The translations under genes and the position numbers were made by a program. A stretch of 32,000 nt of DNA, taken from the NCBI RefSeq assembly GCF_047300905.1, contig NZ_CP178552.1; one strand, 5' to 3'. Positions 5,927 to 13,993 of this stretch are shown here, one piece after another. The notes beneath the pieces are model-generated. The model was given only the letters and a program-made list of their open reading frames with translations. It was not told the origin of the DNA and searched no databases. This DNA comes from Escherichia coli. GTDB lineage: Bacteria; Pseudomonadota; Gammaproteobacteria; Enterobacterales; Enterobacteriaceae. Every line of letters starts with the position of its first letter. The first letter of the stretch is position 1.

Positions 5927-8260
5927 ATGAAAATGAACGTAACCGCCACCGTCAGCCATGCGCTCGGCCACTGGCCGCGTATTCTCCCGGCGCTGGGGAT
6001 TCAGGTGCTGAAGAACCGTCATCAGCCCTGTCCGGTCTGTGGCGGGAGTGACCGCTTCCGTTTTGATGACAGGGAGGGGCGCGGCACCTGGTACTGCAAT
6101 CAGTGTGGTGCCGGTGACGGCCTGAAACTGGTTGAAAAGGTGTTTGGTGTTTCCCCGTCCGACGCGGCCGCAAAGGTGGCTGCCGTGACCGGCAGCCTGC
6201 CACCGGCTGACCCGGCAGTGACGACCGCCGCCGTTGCTGAAACAGACGCTGCCCGGAAGAACGCCGCCGCACTGGCACAAACCCTGATGGCGAAAACCTG
6301 TCCCGGAACCGGTAACGCCTACCTGACCCGCAAGGGCTTTCCCGGCCGGGAATGCCGGATGCTGACCGGCACACACAGAGCCGGTGGCGTGAGCTGGCGC
6401 GCCGGTGACCTTGTGGTGCCACTGTATGACGACAGCGGCGAACTGGTTAACCTTCAGTTAATCAGTGCTGACGGCCGTAAGCGCACCCTGAAAGGCGGAC
6501 AGGTCAGGGGCACCTGTCACATCCTTGAAGGACAGAATCAGGCCGGAAAACGTCTGTGGATAGCGGAGGGATACGCGACCGCACTTACCGTGCATCACCT
6601 GACCGGTGAAACGGTGATGGTGGCGCTTTCTTCCGTGAATCTCCTTTCTCTGGCCAGCCTTGCCCGGCAGAAGCATCCGGCCTGTCAGATTGTCCTTGCT
6701 GCTGACCGTGACCTCAGCGGTGACGGCCAGAAAAAAGCCGCCGCAGCCGCAGATGCGTGTGAAGGTGTTGTTGCCCTGCCGCCGGTCTTCGGTGACTGGA
6801 ATGATGCCTTCACGCAGTACGGCGGGGAAGCCACCCGTAAGGCCATTTATGATGCCATCCGGCCACCGGCTGAAAGCCCGTTCGACACCATGAGCGAAGC
6901 GGAGTTTTCCGCCATGAGTACCAGCGAAAAGGCCATGCGTATCTATGAGCATTACGGCGAGGCGCTCGCGGTCGATGCCAACGGCCAGCTTCTGTCCCGT
7001 TATGAAAATGGTGTCTGGAAGGTGCTGCCGCCACAGGACTTTTCCCGGGATGTGGCCGGGCTGTTTCAGCGTCTGCGCGCGCCGTTCTCCTCCGGGAAGG
7101 TGGCCTCCGTGGTGGACACCCTGAAGCTGATTATTCCGCAGCAGGAAGCCCCCTCCCGCCGCCTGATTGGCTTTCGTAACGGCGTGCTCGACACGCAGAA
7201 CGGCACGTTCCACCCGCACAGTCCGTCACACTGGATGCGTACCCTGTGTGATGTGGATTTCACCCCGCCGGTGGACGGTGAAACGCTGGAAACCCACGCC
7301 CCCGCGTTCTGGCGCTGGCTTGACCGTGCCGCCGGTGGCCGTGCGGAAAAACGCGACGTGATTCTGGCCGCACTGTTTATGGTGCTGGCAAACCGCTATG
7401 ACTGGCAGCTCTTTCTGGAGGTGACCGGTCCCGGCGGCAGCGGCAAAAGTATCATGGCCGAAATCGCCACCCTGCTGGCCGGGGAGGATAACGCCACGTC
7501 GGCCACCATTGAGACGCTGGAATCCCCGCGTGAACGTGCCGCGTTAACTGGCTTCTCACTGATACGCCTGCCGGACCAGGAAAAATGGAGCGGCGACGGT
7601 GCCGGACTCAAGGCCATCACCGGCGGCGATGCGGTGTCCGTGGACCCGAAATACCGGGATGCGTACTCCACGCATATCCCGGCGGTGATTCTGGCCGTGA
7701 ACAATAACCCGATGCGCTTCACCGACCGCAGCGGCGGCGTGTCACGCCGGCGGGTGATTATTCACTTCCCGGAACAGATAGCCCCGCAGGAGCGCGACCC
7801 GCAACTTAAGGACAAAATCACCCGCGAGCTGGCGGTCATCGTGCGTCACCTGATGCAGAAGTTCAGCGACCCGATGCTCGCCCGGTCACTGCTTCAGTCC
7901 CAGCAGAACTCAGACGAGGCACTGAACATCAAACGGGATGCCGACCCGACGTTTGATTTTATCGGCTATCTGGAAACCCTGCCGCAGACCAGCGGCATGT
8001 ATATGGGGAACGCCAGTATCATCCCGCGCAATTACCGTAAATACCTCTATCACGCCTATCTGGCCTACATGGAAGCAAACGGCTACCGGAATGTACTCAG
8101 TCTGAAAATGTTCGGACTGGGGCTGCCGGTGATGCTGAAGGAATACGGGCTGAATTACGAGAAGCGCCATACCAAACAGGGGATACAGACCAACCTGACG
8201 CTGAAAGAGGAAAGCTACGGCGACTGGCTGCCAAAATGTGACGACCCTGCAACAACCTGA
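5927..8260 (+). CDS. alpha: P4 alpha-type bifunctional primase-helicase / origin-binding protein (777 aa)
   Basis: It has a zinc-finger primase motif CPVCGGSDRFRFDDREGRGTWYCNQCG and a Toprim-like segment ending WIAEGYATALTV. A Walker A motif VTGPGGSGKS is present in the helicase part. The length is identical to P4 alpha (777 aa, from memory). The SD is AAGGAGA. Confidence 0.93.
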   Translation: MKMNVTATVSHALGHWPRILPALGIQVLKNRHQPCPVCGGSDRFRFDDREGRGTWYCNQCGAGDGLKLVEKVFGVSPSDAAAKVAAVTGSLPPADPAVTTAAVAETDAARKNAAALAQTLMAKTCPGTGNAYLTRKGFPGRECRMLTGTHRAGGVSWRAGDLVVPLYDDSGELVNLQLISADGRKRTLKGGQVRGTCHILEGQNQAGKRLWIAEGYATALTVHHLTGETVMVALSSVNLLSLASLARQKHPACQIVLAADRDLSGDGQKKAAAAADACEGVVALPPVFGDWNDAFTQYGGEATRKAIYDAIRPPAESPFDTMSEAEFSAMSTSEKAMRIYEHYGEALAVDANGQLLSRYENGVWKVLPPQDFSRDVAGLFQRLRAPFSSGKVASVVDTLKLIIPQQEAPSRRLIGFRNGVLDTQNGTFHPHSPSHWMRTLCDVDFTPPVDGETLETHAPAFWRWLDRAAGGRAEKRDVILAALFMVLANRYDWQLFLEVTGPGGSGKSIMAEIATLLAGEDNATSATIETLESPRERAALTGFSLIRLPDQEKWSGDGAGLKAITGGDAVSVDPKYRDAYSTHIPAVILAVNNNPMRFTDRSGGVSRRRVIIHFPEQIAPQERDPQLKDKITRELAVIVRHLMQKFSDPMLARSLLQSQQNSDEALNIKRDADPTFDFIGYLETLPQTSGMYMGNASIIPRNYRKYLYHAYLAYMEANGYRNVLSLKMFGLGLPVMLKEYGLNYEKRHTKQGIQTNLTLKEESYGDWLPKCDDPATT

Positions 8261-8276
8261 CCCTCATGACTCATCT

Positions 8277-8300
8277 GACCGGCATCTGCCGGTCTTTTTT
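8277..8300 (+). terminator. Rho-independent terminator after alpha
   Basis: The hairpin GACCGGCA-TC-TGCCGGTC (8277-8294) is followed by TTTTTT (8295-8300), 17 nt after the alpha stop. Confidence 0.75.
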
Positions 8301-8319
8301 CATCCCTGAATCCCCCGAA

Positions 8320-8620
8320 GGTGAACAATCCACTGTTCACCCTTCACCGTATATTCACCCGTTATCACACTGAAATTAAAAGAGAAAAACGAAAGGTGAA
8401 CAGTGTGAACAATCAAATCAAAAAAAACTTTTTTCGCCCTGTGTGATTTCAGTGCGGAGGATTAATCCCCTGCACAAGTCACACCGGCAGAATGCCGGAG
8501 GTGAAGAATCGAATGTTCACCCTTCACCCATTATTCACCACCTATCACTCTGAAATAAAAGGAGAAAAAAGAAAGTTGAACAGTGTGAACAGTTCTTTCG
8601 AAAAAAAATTTTTTTCCTGA
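8320..8620. repeat. crr-like cis replication region: two ~120-bp direct repeats (8320-8440, 8500-8620) separated by ~60 bp
   Basis: The repeats have a period of 180 bp. Each starts with GGTGAA(C/G)AATC..TGTTCACCCTTCACC, contains further GGTGAACA/GTGAACA copies (e.g. 8334-8341, 8395-8402, 8405-8411) and ends in an A8/T6-7 tract. The two-times-120-bp layout adjacent to alpha matches my recollection of the P4 crr. Confidence 0.7.
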
Positions 8621-8744
8621 GTTAACGTGCGTGAAGATACGTGTAAAAATTAATCGATAGATATTATATGTATAAGGATGTGTATAAATGAATTATAATA
8701 GAAAAATATAAACGATTTGAATCAAATGGTTATATGGCAATTTT

Positions 8745-8765
8745 GACTCCTGTGATCTTCCGCCA
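8745..8765 (+). other. attR: 21-bp copy of the 3' end of selC (tRNA-Sec), right boundary of the satellite prophage
   Basis: GACTCCTGTGATCTTCCGCCA equals the last 21 nt of E. coli selC as I remember it (...GGTTCGACTCCTGTGATCTTCCGCCA). No acceptor or anticodon arms lie upstream, so this is an att duplicate, not a tRNA gene. setC follows 640 bp downstream, as at the native selC locus. Confidence 0.8.
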
Positions 8766-8819
8766 ATTTGCCTCTTCTGACGTTCTCCAACCCCTTGTAA
8801 TACTGTCAATCCAGATATT

Positions 8820-9020
8820 TTCTACTGCTCAATATTCAATCGGCTTCAGGAATACCTGATCAAAAGTTTTGTGATGGACGATGAGCGACTGAAGAATCCG
8901 CCTGTCGGTTCTTCTGTCCTCGAACGCATCCGCGATATTCGCGCCAGCATGCGCCGTGTTTATTTGCAGGTGATTTGCCCCCCTGCTGACTCTCAGCCAA
9001 CTGTATCGCCATTAAGGTGA
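8820..9020 (+). pseudogene. Remnant of a RhuM-family gene (internal fragment, no start)
   Basis: The frame containing 8868-9020 reads ...NRLQEYLIKSFVMDDERLKNPPVGSSVLERIRDIRASMRRVYLQV..., which resembles the conserved central part of RhuM-family proteins (motif FVMDDERLKN, from memory). There is no plausible start, it is only ~65 codons long, and it appears to carry an internal deletion. Confidence 0.45.
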
Positions 9021-9403
9021 AGATGTTGTTTTACACGCCCCAGAACACCCTTTTTTTATACGACGATTCTATTCCTTTAACCGCTGGCGAAAAAAACTGA
9101 CCTGTAAACTTCACCAATAATCAGACTGCCATCAAGATTAATTTGTTCATTTAATATATCAAATAAATTTGTTTTATTTTTACTATCAAAAATAGCTCAT
9201 TGTCTTACTATAATTAATATATAAATTCGGTGATTAACTCTTAACATGCTTTTGCTAATAATCTCAATTGCTGGCCCTATAATATTGCGCTAGCATTGCT
9301 TTCTGGTTGTATCAGCGATACTCAAAAAATCTTAATACAATACTCATTCGACTGGTACTTATTTGTAACTCAGTTATATTTTGTCGCCCGGTGATTCAGA
9401 AGA

Positions 9404-10588
9404 ATGCAAAAAACGGCTACCACTCCATCAAAAATACTTGATCTCACTGCCGCGGCATTTTTACTTGTCGCCTTTCTGACGGGTATTGCGGGCGCTCTCC
9501 AGACTCCCACCCTAAGTATATTCCTCGCAGATGAACTGAAAGCCCGTCCTATAATGGTAGGTTTTTTCTTCACCGGTAGCGCTATTATGGGAATTCTGGT
9601 CAGTCAATTTCTGGCAAGGCACTCCGATAAACAAGGCGACCGTAAATTACTGATCCTGCTATGTTGCTTATTTGGAGTGTTGGCCTGCACTCTTTTTGCG
9701 TGGAATCGCAACTACTTCATTCTCCTCTCTACGGGCGTACTTCTGAGTAGTTTTGCTTCCACTGCAAACCCGCAAATGTTCGCCCTCGCCCGTGAACACG
9801 CCGACAGAACAGGCCGTGAGACGGTCATGTTCAGTACATTTTTACGTGCTCAGATCTCGCTTGCCTGGGTTATCGGGCCACCGCTCGCTTATGAGCTGGC
9901 AATGGGATTTAGTTTTAAAGTGATGTATCTCACCGCAGCCATCGCATTTGTTGTTTGCGGGCTGATAGTCTGGTTGTTTTTGCCATCAATACAAAGAAAT
10001 ATTCCTGTCGTTACCCAACCCGTAGAAATTTTACCCTCCATCCATAGAAAGCGGGATACACGGCTACTTTTTGTGGTCTGTTCAATGATGTGGGCGGCGA
10101 ATAATCTCTACATGATAAATATGCCGCTATTTATTATTGATGAACTGCATCTAACCGATAAACTGGCTGGAGAAATGATTGGTATTGCTGCCGGTCTGGA
10201 AATTCCGATGATGTTAATCGCAGGCTATTACATGAAACGTATTGGCAAGCGACTATTAATGCTCATTGCTATCGTGAGTGGTATGTGTTTTTACGCCAGC
10301 GTACTCATGGCGACGACTCCGGCAATTGAGCTGGAATTGCAAATTCTAAATGCCATTTTCCTTGGTATTCTCTGTGGTATCGGCATGCTTTATTTTCAGG
10401 ATCTGATGCCTGAAAAAATAGGCTCTGCGACAACGTTATATGCAAATACCTCACGCGTCGGCTGGATTATCGCCGGCTCTGTTGACGGAATTATGGTTGA
10501 AATCTGGAGCTACCACGCGTTGTTCTGGCTGGCGATAGGGATGTTGGGTATTGCGATGATTTGCCTGCTGTTTATTAAAGATATTTAG
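9404..10588 (+). CDS. setC: MFS sugar efflux transporter SetC
   Basis: At 394 aa it is very similar to the SetA/SetB family (TGIAGALQTPTLSIFL..., FALAREHAD...). Its position next to selC and upstream of yicL-nlpA is as in E. coli K-12. Confidence 0.9.
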   Translation: MQKTATTPSKILDLTAAAFLLVAFLTGIAGALQTPTLSIFLADELKARPIMVGFFFTGSAIMGILVSQFLARHSDKQGDRKLLILLCCLFGVLACTLFAWNRNYFILLSTGVLLSSFASTANPQMFALAREHADRTGRETVMFSTFLRAQISLAWVIGPPLAYELAMGFSFKVMYLTAAIAFVVCGLIVWLFLPSIQRNIPVVTQPVEILPSIHRKRDTRLLFVVCSMMWAANNLYMINMPLFIIDELHLTDKLAGEMIGIAAGLEIPMMLIAGYYMKRIGKRLLMLIAIVSGMCFYASVLMATTPAIELELQILNAIFLGILCGIGMLYFQDLMPEKIGSATTLYANTSRVGWIIAGSVDGIMVEIWSYHALFWLAIGMLGIAMICLLFIKDI

Positions 10589-10698
10589 CTCACCAGTCTG
10601 GGCTAAGAAAAATCGGCGTGGCGCAAACAGAGCCATCCTCGCCATTTTTGCTATCATGCCTGCATACATAAACGACAAAACAGTATGCAGAGGGAAAA

Positions 10699-11622
10699 AT
10701 GGGTTCCACCAGAAAGGGGATGCTGAACGTTCTGATTGCCGCCGTGTTGTGGGGAAGTTCAGGGGTCTGCGCGCAATACATCATGGAGCAAAGCCAGATG
10801 TCGTCGCAGTTTTTGACTATGACGCGTTTGATATTCGCCGGTTTGATTCTGCTGACGCTGTCATTTGTTCATGGCGATAAAATCTTTTCTATTATTAACA
10901 ATCACAAAGATGCCATTAGTCTGCTGATTTTTTCCGTGGTTGGCGCGCTAACCGTACAGCTCACTTTTTTGCTAACCATCGAAAAATCGAACGCAGCCAC
11001 GGCAACGGTGCTGCAATTCCTCTCACCGACGATTATCGTCGCCTGGTTCTCACTGGTGCGTAAATCCCGCCCGGGCATTCTGGTTTTTTGCGCTATTTTG
11101 ACATCGCTGGTCGGGACTTTTTTATTGGTGACACACGGTAATCCGACGTCATTATCGATCTCTCCTGCCGCGTTATTCTGGGGAATTGCCTCGGCATTTG
11201 CTGCGGCATTCTATACCACCTATCCCTCAACGCTGATTGCCCGCTATGGCACGTTACCGGTCGTCGGCTGGAGTATGCTCATTGGTGGTCTGATCCTGCT
11301 GCCATTTTATGCCAGACAAGGGACAAATTTTGTGGTTAATGGCAGTTTGATTCTGGCGTTTTTTTATTTGGTGGTCATTGGTACGTCCCTGACATTTAGT
11401 CTGTACCTGAAAGGAGCACAATTAATTGGCGGTCCAAAAGCCAGCATTTTAAGCTGTGCAGAACCATTAAGTAGCGCGCTGCTCTCTTTGCTGTTACTGG
11501 GGATCACATTCACATTACCGGACTGGCTGGGAACGCTGCTGATTCTGTCATCAGTGATTTTGATTTCAGTGGATTCCCGTCGCCGCGCCAGAAAAATAAA
11601 TCGTCCGGCGCGGGATGAGTGA
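10699..11622 (+). CDS. yicL: EamA/DMT-family inner membrane transporter YicL
   Basis: At 307 aa it is a multi-pass hydrophobic protein with duplicated EamA-like halves. Synteny is setC-yicL-nlpA. Confidence 0.88.
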   Translation: MGSTRKGMLNVLIAAVLWGSSGVCAQYIMEQSQMSSQFLTMTRLIFAGLILLTLSFVHGDKIFSIINNHKDAISLLIFSVVGALTVQLTFLLTIEKSNAATATVLQFLSPTIIVAWFSLVRKSRPGILVFCAILTSLVGTFLLVTHGNPTSLSISPAALFWGIASAFAAAFYTTYPSTLIARYGTLPVVGWSMLIGGLILLPFYARQGTNFVVNGSLILAFFYLVVIGTSLTFSLYLKGAQLIGGPKASILSCAEPLSSALLSLLLLGITFTLPDWLGTLLILSSVILISVDSRRRARKINRPARDE

Positions 11623-11625
11623 GAA

Positions 11626-12444
11626 TTACCAGCCAGGCACCGCGCCACCGTTAAAGATGGTTTCTGCCGCTTTAGCGACTTCGGATGATTGATAAGATTG
11701 CAGAAATTCCTTCACGTTTTCTGCATTCTTATTATCTTCCCGTGCTACCAGAATGTTCACATACGGCGAATTTTTATCTTCAATAAATACGCTGTCGTGC
11801 ACCGGAGAAAGTCCGGTCTGCTGAATGTAAGTGGTGCTGATAATCGCCACATCAACTTTGGGATCATCCAGTACGCGCGGGAGCTGCGCCCCCTCGAGTT
11901 CCATAATCTGCAAATGACGAGGATTATCGGTTATATCCAGCGCGGTAGGTAATAACCCTTTTCCCTCTTTCAGAATAATTAGCTTCTCTTTTTGCAACAG
12001 TAAAAGCGCGCGACCAAGGTTGGTCGGGTCGTTGGGGATCGCCACTGTCGCGCCTTCTTTTATTTGCGCCACGGTTTTGATTTTTTTGGAATAACCCGCC
12101 ATAGGGAAGACAAACGTATTTCCCACCGCTACCAGTTTATAACCATGCGCCTGATTATCTTGTTCAAGAAAGGGCCGATGCTGGAAGACATTCGCATCAA
12201 GCTCGCCATGATTTGTCGCATCGTTCGGTAGCAACGAACCGCTAAATCCTACCAGTTCAACATCGAGGCCATATTTCTCTTTTGCCACCTTTTTAGCGAC
12301 TTCCGCGACATCTTGTTCTGCGCCATTTATAACGCCAACTTTAATGTGTTTTGCATCGCTGCTACTCTGGTCGCAACCTGCCAGCAGAATTCCTGCCAGC
12401 AATAATGCGGCCCCCGCCCGTAGATGATGTGTTGTCAGTTTCAT
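11626..12444 (-). CDS. nlpA: Lipoprotein 28 (methionine-binding lipoprotein family) NlpA
   Basis: It is 272 aa with a signal peptide and lipobox LLAGC. The sequence MKLTTHHLRAGAALLLAGILLAGCDQSSSDAKHIKVGVINGAEQDVAEV... is recognised as NlpA. It is convergent with yicL, with stops 3 bp apart. Confidence 0.93.
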   Translation of the reverse strand: MKLTTHHLRAGAALLLAGILLAGCDQSSSDAKHIKVGVINGAEQDVAEVAKKVAKEKYGLDVELVGFSGSLLPNDATNHGELDANVFQHRPFLEQDNQAHGYKLVAVGNTFVFPMAGYSKKIKTVAQIKEGATVAIPNDPTNLGRALLLLQKEKLIILKEGKGLLPTALDITDNPRHLQIMELEGAQLPRVLDDPKVDVAIISTTYIQQTGLSPVHDSVFIEDKNSPYVNILVAREDNKNAENVKEFLQSYQSSEVAKAAETIFNGGAVPGW

Positions 12445-12652
12445 TTTTTATCCTTTTTTTAATCATTAACTGACTATAATGGCAAGAACACTACGATTTA
12501 AAAAACGAAAAGCTATCGAATAGAAGAAAAAGGTATAAAAAACTGGCACTTCTTACTGACCACGCAAACACCTTTCGTACAGCATGATGAGAGCGGTAAA
12601 AGCAAACTACACTTATGCTTCATTCGATGCACATTTGCAGAAGGTTGCCGCT

Positions 12653-12946
12653 ATGAAGCCAACGATGCTACTCATGATTACCGTATTCCTGACTTTTCCA
12701 GCCATTTCTCAGGCCGAGTCGCCATTCAGCTCGCTACAGTCGGCAAAAGAGAAAACCACGGTATTGCAAGATTTACGTAAAATTTGCACGCCACAGGCGT
12801 CATTATCAGACGAAGCGTGGGAAAAATTAATGTTGTCTGATGAGAGTAACAAACAACATATCCGCGAAGCTATTGTGGCGATGGAGCGTAATAATCAGAA
12901 TAACTACTGGGAAGCGCTGGGTAAGGTGGAATGCCCGGATATGTGA
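12653..12946 (+). CDS. yicS: Small secreted protein YicS (97 aa)
   Basis: The start is trimmed from the track ORF (12584) to MKPTMLLMITVFLTFPAISQA..., which gives a canonical signal peptide and the K-12 length. Confidence 0.85.
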   Translation: MKPTMLLMITVFLTFPAISQAESPFSSLQSAKEKTTVLQDLRKICTPQASLSDEAWEKLMLSDESNKQHIREAIVAMERNNQNNYWEALGKVECPDM

Positions 12947-13247
12947 ATTTCGCACACCTCCGCGCTCAGGCCAGCAGCCGCTGACTTAAGCTCGCACATC
13001 AGTAAATCACCTGCTTTTTCAAATTCCAATCAAAATTGAACCCGTTCATCAGGATTGTGGATAAATTTCCCTCTACATTATTTTCATTTCATCACATAGA
13101 AAATCTTATCTCATTGAAACAATACTTGTTTTTAATGCAGAAAACGAAGCCCAACGGATGGGCATAAAAATGAGCGAATTTTGATATCACCACCCTCTAA
13201 AAAATGGTGAAGTCTGAACAAAGAATGTTCGAAAGGAGAGAGTAGAG

Positions 13248-13745
13248 ATGGAAAGCGCAAATCTGGATTTAGAAGAAAATAAAGAAATTGCCAGTAAGTT
13301 CGAACGTGCATTAGGTATGGGAGCAACGCTTGCAGAGCTGCATGGCATAACCCCGGATACCCTTGAAGGCGTTTATGCTTACGCTTATAACTTTTATGAA
13401 AAAGGAAGACTTGACGAAGCTGAACTCTTTTTTAAATTTCTCTGTATTTATGATTTCCAAAATTATAACTATCTAAAAGGATATGCCGCCGTCTGTCAAT
13501 TGAAGAAAGATTATCAAAAGGCATTCGACATGTATCATATCTGTTTAATGCTATCTCCCGATAACGATTTCTCTTTGGTTTATTATATGGGTCAATGCCA
13601 GATGGGCTTAAAAAACATTAAAATGGCCACTGAGTTATTTAATACTGTCGTAACCTATAGTCAAAATGAAAAAATTAAAGAGATGGCTACTGCTTATCTT
13701 GAACTTTTGACAGCCAATACCGAAGAGGAAGTTCGAACAGAGTGA
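13248..13745 (+). CDS. eicA: Class II type III secretion chaperone (SicA/IpgC/SycD family, TPR)
   Basis: It is 165 aa. The block GATLAELHGITPDTLEGVYAYAYNFYEKGRLDEAELFFKFLCIYDFQNYNYLKGYAAVCQLKKDYQKA is nearly collinear with Salmonella SicA as I remember it. The gene name comes from my recollection of the EAEC 042 eip locus. Confidence 0.88.
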   Translation: MESANLDLEENKEIASKFERALGMGATLAELHGITPDTLEGVYAYAYNFYEKGRLDEAELFFKFLCIYDFQNYNYLKGYAAVCQLKKDYQKAFDMYHICLMLSPDNDFSLVYYMGQCQMGLKNIKMATELFNTVVTYSQNEKIKEMATAYLELLTANTEEEVRTE

Positions 13746-13993
13746 GTCGGCAAAATGAACATAAACGGAAAAAACGCTTCTTTTACGTCTGAAGAGTTAG
13801 CCAGGAAATATCATGAGGAAGGCACAGTTGATTTAAAAAAATAACCATGGCGATAAAATAAATGAGAAGAATAACAATAAACACATTACTTACTTTCCCG
13901 TTGATGCCATTTTAGATGGGAATAAACATCTGCCATGAGTTAAATAAAAAAGAATTAATTACACCCGATGATAGCTTAAAAAGGAGGTGAATT

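Noticed and set aside
8745-8765. A possible tRNA-Sec gene
   Set aside because: Only the last 21 nt of selC are present and the upstream sequence is AT-rich phage arm DNA. This is an att-site duplicate, not a gene.
9278-9283. A perfect TATAAT upstream of setC as a promoter call
   Set aside because: There is no acceptable -35 element at 16-19 bp spacing (TTGCTA is 20 bp away) and no extended -10 TG. The evidence is insufficient in an AT-rich spacer where such hexamers arise by chance.
11622-11626. The convergent yicL/nlpA stops only 3 bp apart, with no terminator, as an anomaly
   Set aside because: To my recollection this is the native arrangement in reference E. coli, so it is not a feature of the accessory DNA.
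12584-12652. A 23-codon upstream extension of yicS
   Set aside because: The internal ATG at 12653 yields a canonical signal peptide at the N-terminus and the known 97-aa length.
13756-13845. A 29-codon ORF (MNINGKNASFTSEELARKYHEEGTVDLKK) in the eicA-eipB gap
   Set aside because: It has no SD, no motif and very short length, so I do not report it as a gene.
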